NCBI RefSeq assembly: GCF_006345805.1
Contig: NW_021836524.1
Span: 1-23,870, forward strand
Direction: 5' to 3'
DNA: 23,870 nucleotides
Source of the DNA: Octopus sinensis
Lineage: Eukaryota
The notes under the pieces are model-generated. The model did not search any database. It was not told the DNA's origin and saw only the letters and a program-made list of their open reading frames with translations. The position numbers and the translations under genes were made by a program. Numbering within the stretch: the first letter of the stretch is position 1; each line of letters begins with the position of its first letter. This document shows, one piece after another, positions 22,160 through 23,870 of the stretch.

Positions 22160-22269
22160 TTTGTGACCATAATAATGATAATGTTTTCTTTTATAGATAA
22201 GTAGGCGATATTATCAATTCTTGGTACCTGATGGTCAATAAAGATAGCAGCTTGGTGTTTGGCGCGAAG
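22160..22269 (+). repeat. Resumption of block A homology (paralog of ~2783-2880)
   Basis: TTTGTGACCATA...ATATTATCAATTCTTGG.ACCTGATGG...CAGCTTGGTGTTTGG.GCGAA is shared with 2783-2878. Confidence 0.85.
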
Positions 22270-22944
22270 AGAGTCCGTTTCCTTCCAGAAGACTAGTATG
22301 GCCACCCCAATTATGTGTGTGAGGCGATTCCACCCAATCAATACTTCTTGGGGTTATCAGCGCCAAAGTGTGCACGGAAGTCTCCTCGTAAGACAAATGA
22401 CTTTACCCCAAATATATCCAAAGCTGCAGTGACTTTGTTAAGGAAGCATTTGTATTTGCCCTCGCTATTGGGTGCATTTAATTAAAGCAGCTACACCACT
22501 CCTTCATTCTTCTTGAGCTTCAGGAGCTATCCCTTAATACGTAGTGGGATTCACTCCATAATCCAATCCGAAGCACAGGGTTTGTGAGCATCCCACTTCC
22601 GCCTGTGCTGACATAGTTGGCACCACACCTGCACGGTGGAGTTTCCAACCTACTTCCAAGTGTATGCCTCCGAAGTAATGAAGTTTTCTTTAGGAGACAC
22701 CGATATAGCGCTTTGTCTGCTCCGGTTTTGACAGTCTAATTCTCAATTATGAACGGTTGATCCCTTCTGGACCGCTTCGGGGTCCTGGAACACGCATACT
22801 TTGTATTCCCTCCCCATGCATCCAAGATTAAGTTGGGTGGAGACTGCAATATATTTCCGAATGGACTCCTCCACTCAAGATCCAGACGCAACGGCTTTAT
22901 CCCACTCGATGGATGACGCGGTATGGCTATTCCTTGGAGCCCTT
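22270..22944 (-). mobile_element. Inverted copy of RTE copy 1 endonuclease region (reverse complement of ~2905-3593)
   Basis: For example GTTATCAGCGCCAAAGTGTGCACGGAAGTCTCCT (~22353) is the reverse complement of 3477-3510. Homology runs across the whole interval. Confidence 0.9.
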
Positions 22945-23870
22945 AGAGTACTGTATGTATATGCATCAAACACCGAGGTCAACTACAAATCATCCTAAGC
23001 AAATTCCCCTCAGCTTTAGATATATTTGGGTAAAGTCATTGTCCTGCAAGGAGGACTGCAGTGCACACCTTGGCACTGATAACGTGAGAAGGATTGATTG
23101 GAAGGAATGTCGTCAGTGAACTTAATGGAGAGGTCATGCAGCCTTCTGTGCGGGATACACACTCTCCACTTCTATGGTATAGATATTATTTTAAGACAGG
23201 GATATTTATAAGGGTGCCTGGTATAGAAATACTTGGTGACAGAGGTTTGTGATAGATTTCGGTCCTCTTTCGCTCTTTGCTAAACGTTCGGGGAAAAGGA
23301 GGGGTGGAGTTGTCAACTCGTCACTACCTAAATGTCTGAAAACCTGAAAATTCCTACAGTCTGCCGAACACTGGAAATTGGTAAGTCCAGTGCGACCTAC
23401 AGATACAGTTGGAAGCCGCAGTGGATGCTGGGATCAGAAACAGAAATGTGGAGACTTTGCATTCAAATTGAGAGTGACCCCCTGAATGAACTTGGACATC
23501 GAAAATAATTCGTGATTGTATTAATTTTTTCGGCAGGTTCTTCTTCGGTTGAACGCTTATTGAGCTCAATTCACTTAAAAGTGGTAAAACTGCTGGTGAA
23601 AAAGCACGTTCGGCTTGATATTTTAGAAACCTTAATTACAGATGGTATTCTCTGAGTGACCCATGTATGCTAGGTGGATGGGACCTCTGGAAAAAAACAC
23701 CAAGGCAATGATAATAAGGGGTGACAATCACAATTTTTTCAAACACAAAAAGAGGTGTGTTCTAATAATAGAAATGTCTACCTAGATGTCAGGAAAATAT
23801 ACGTAGGGAAATTTTCGTGCCCAAGATTACTGTCGGGACGTGGAACACCCGACCATTTAGTCGTTCAAAG
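22945..23870 (+). mobile_element. RTE remnant, duplicate of copy 2 (~7436-8360); continues beyond the window
   Basis: Long near-identical runs such as AAGACAGGGATATTTATAAGGGTGCCTGGTATAGAAATACTTGGTGACAGA and TGCCGAACACTGGAAATTGGTAAGTCCAGTGCGACCTACAGA. Confidence 0.9.

Overview
Eukaryotic, AT-rich and microsatellite-dense animal genomic DNA. It is probably octopus or another cephalopod, inferred from SINE-like sequences I recall and from the (TACA)n, (GATA)n and (CA)n load; no search was run. Most of the window is decayed transposable elements: four pieces of one RTE-clade LINE (endonuclease and RT remnants), three Helitron-type elements sharing a hairpin+CTAG 3' end, an internally deleted mariner with both TIRs, SINEs and probable Penelope-like remnants. 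These sit in nested segmental duplications: 1000-2880 recurs at 19190-22269, RTE copy 1 recurs inverted at 22270-22944, and RTE copy 2 recurs at 22945-23870. The only clear host-gene signal is on the minus strand. It comprises a terminal exon for the Cys-rich C-terminal domain of short-chain collagen C4-like (spongin-related) proteins at 18457-18951, broken only by small indels, and a candidate first coding exon with a hydrophobic signal/anchor at 13489-13712. Together these suggest a tandem paralog array. Nearly all long ORFs in the supplied track are microsatellite translation artefacts. I found no rRNA, tRNA gene, CRISPR array or convincing novel system. The most worthwhile leads are the possibly intact C4-like gene array, the rearranged duplication and the Helitron trio. 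Identity values are by-eye estimates from short stretches.
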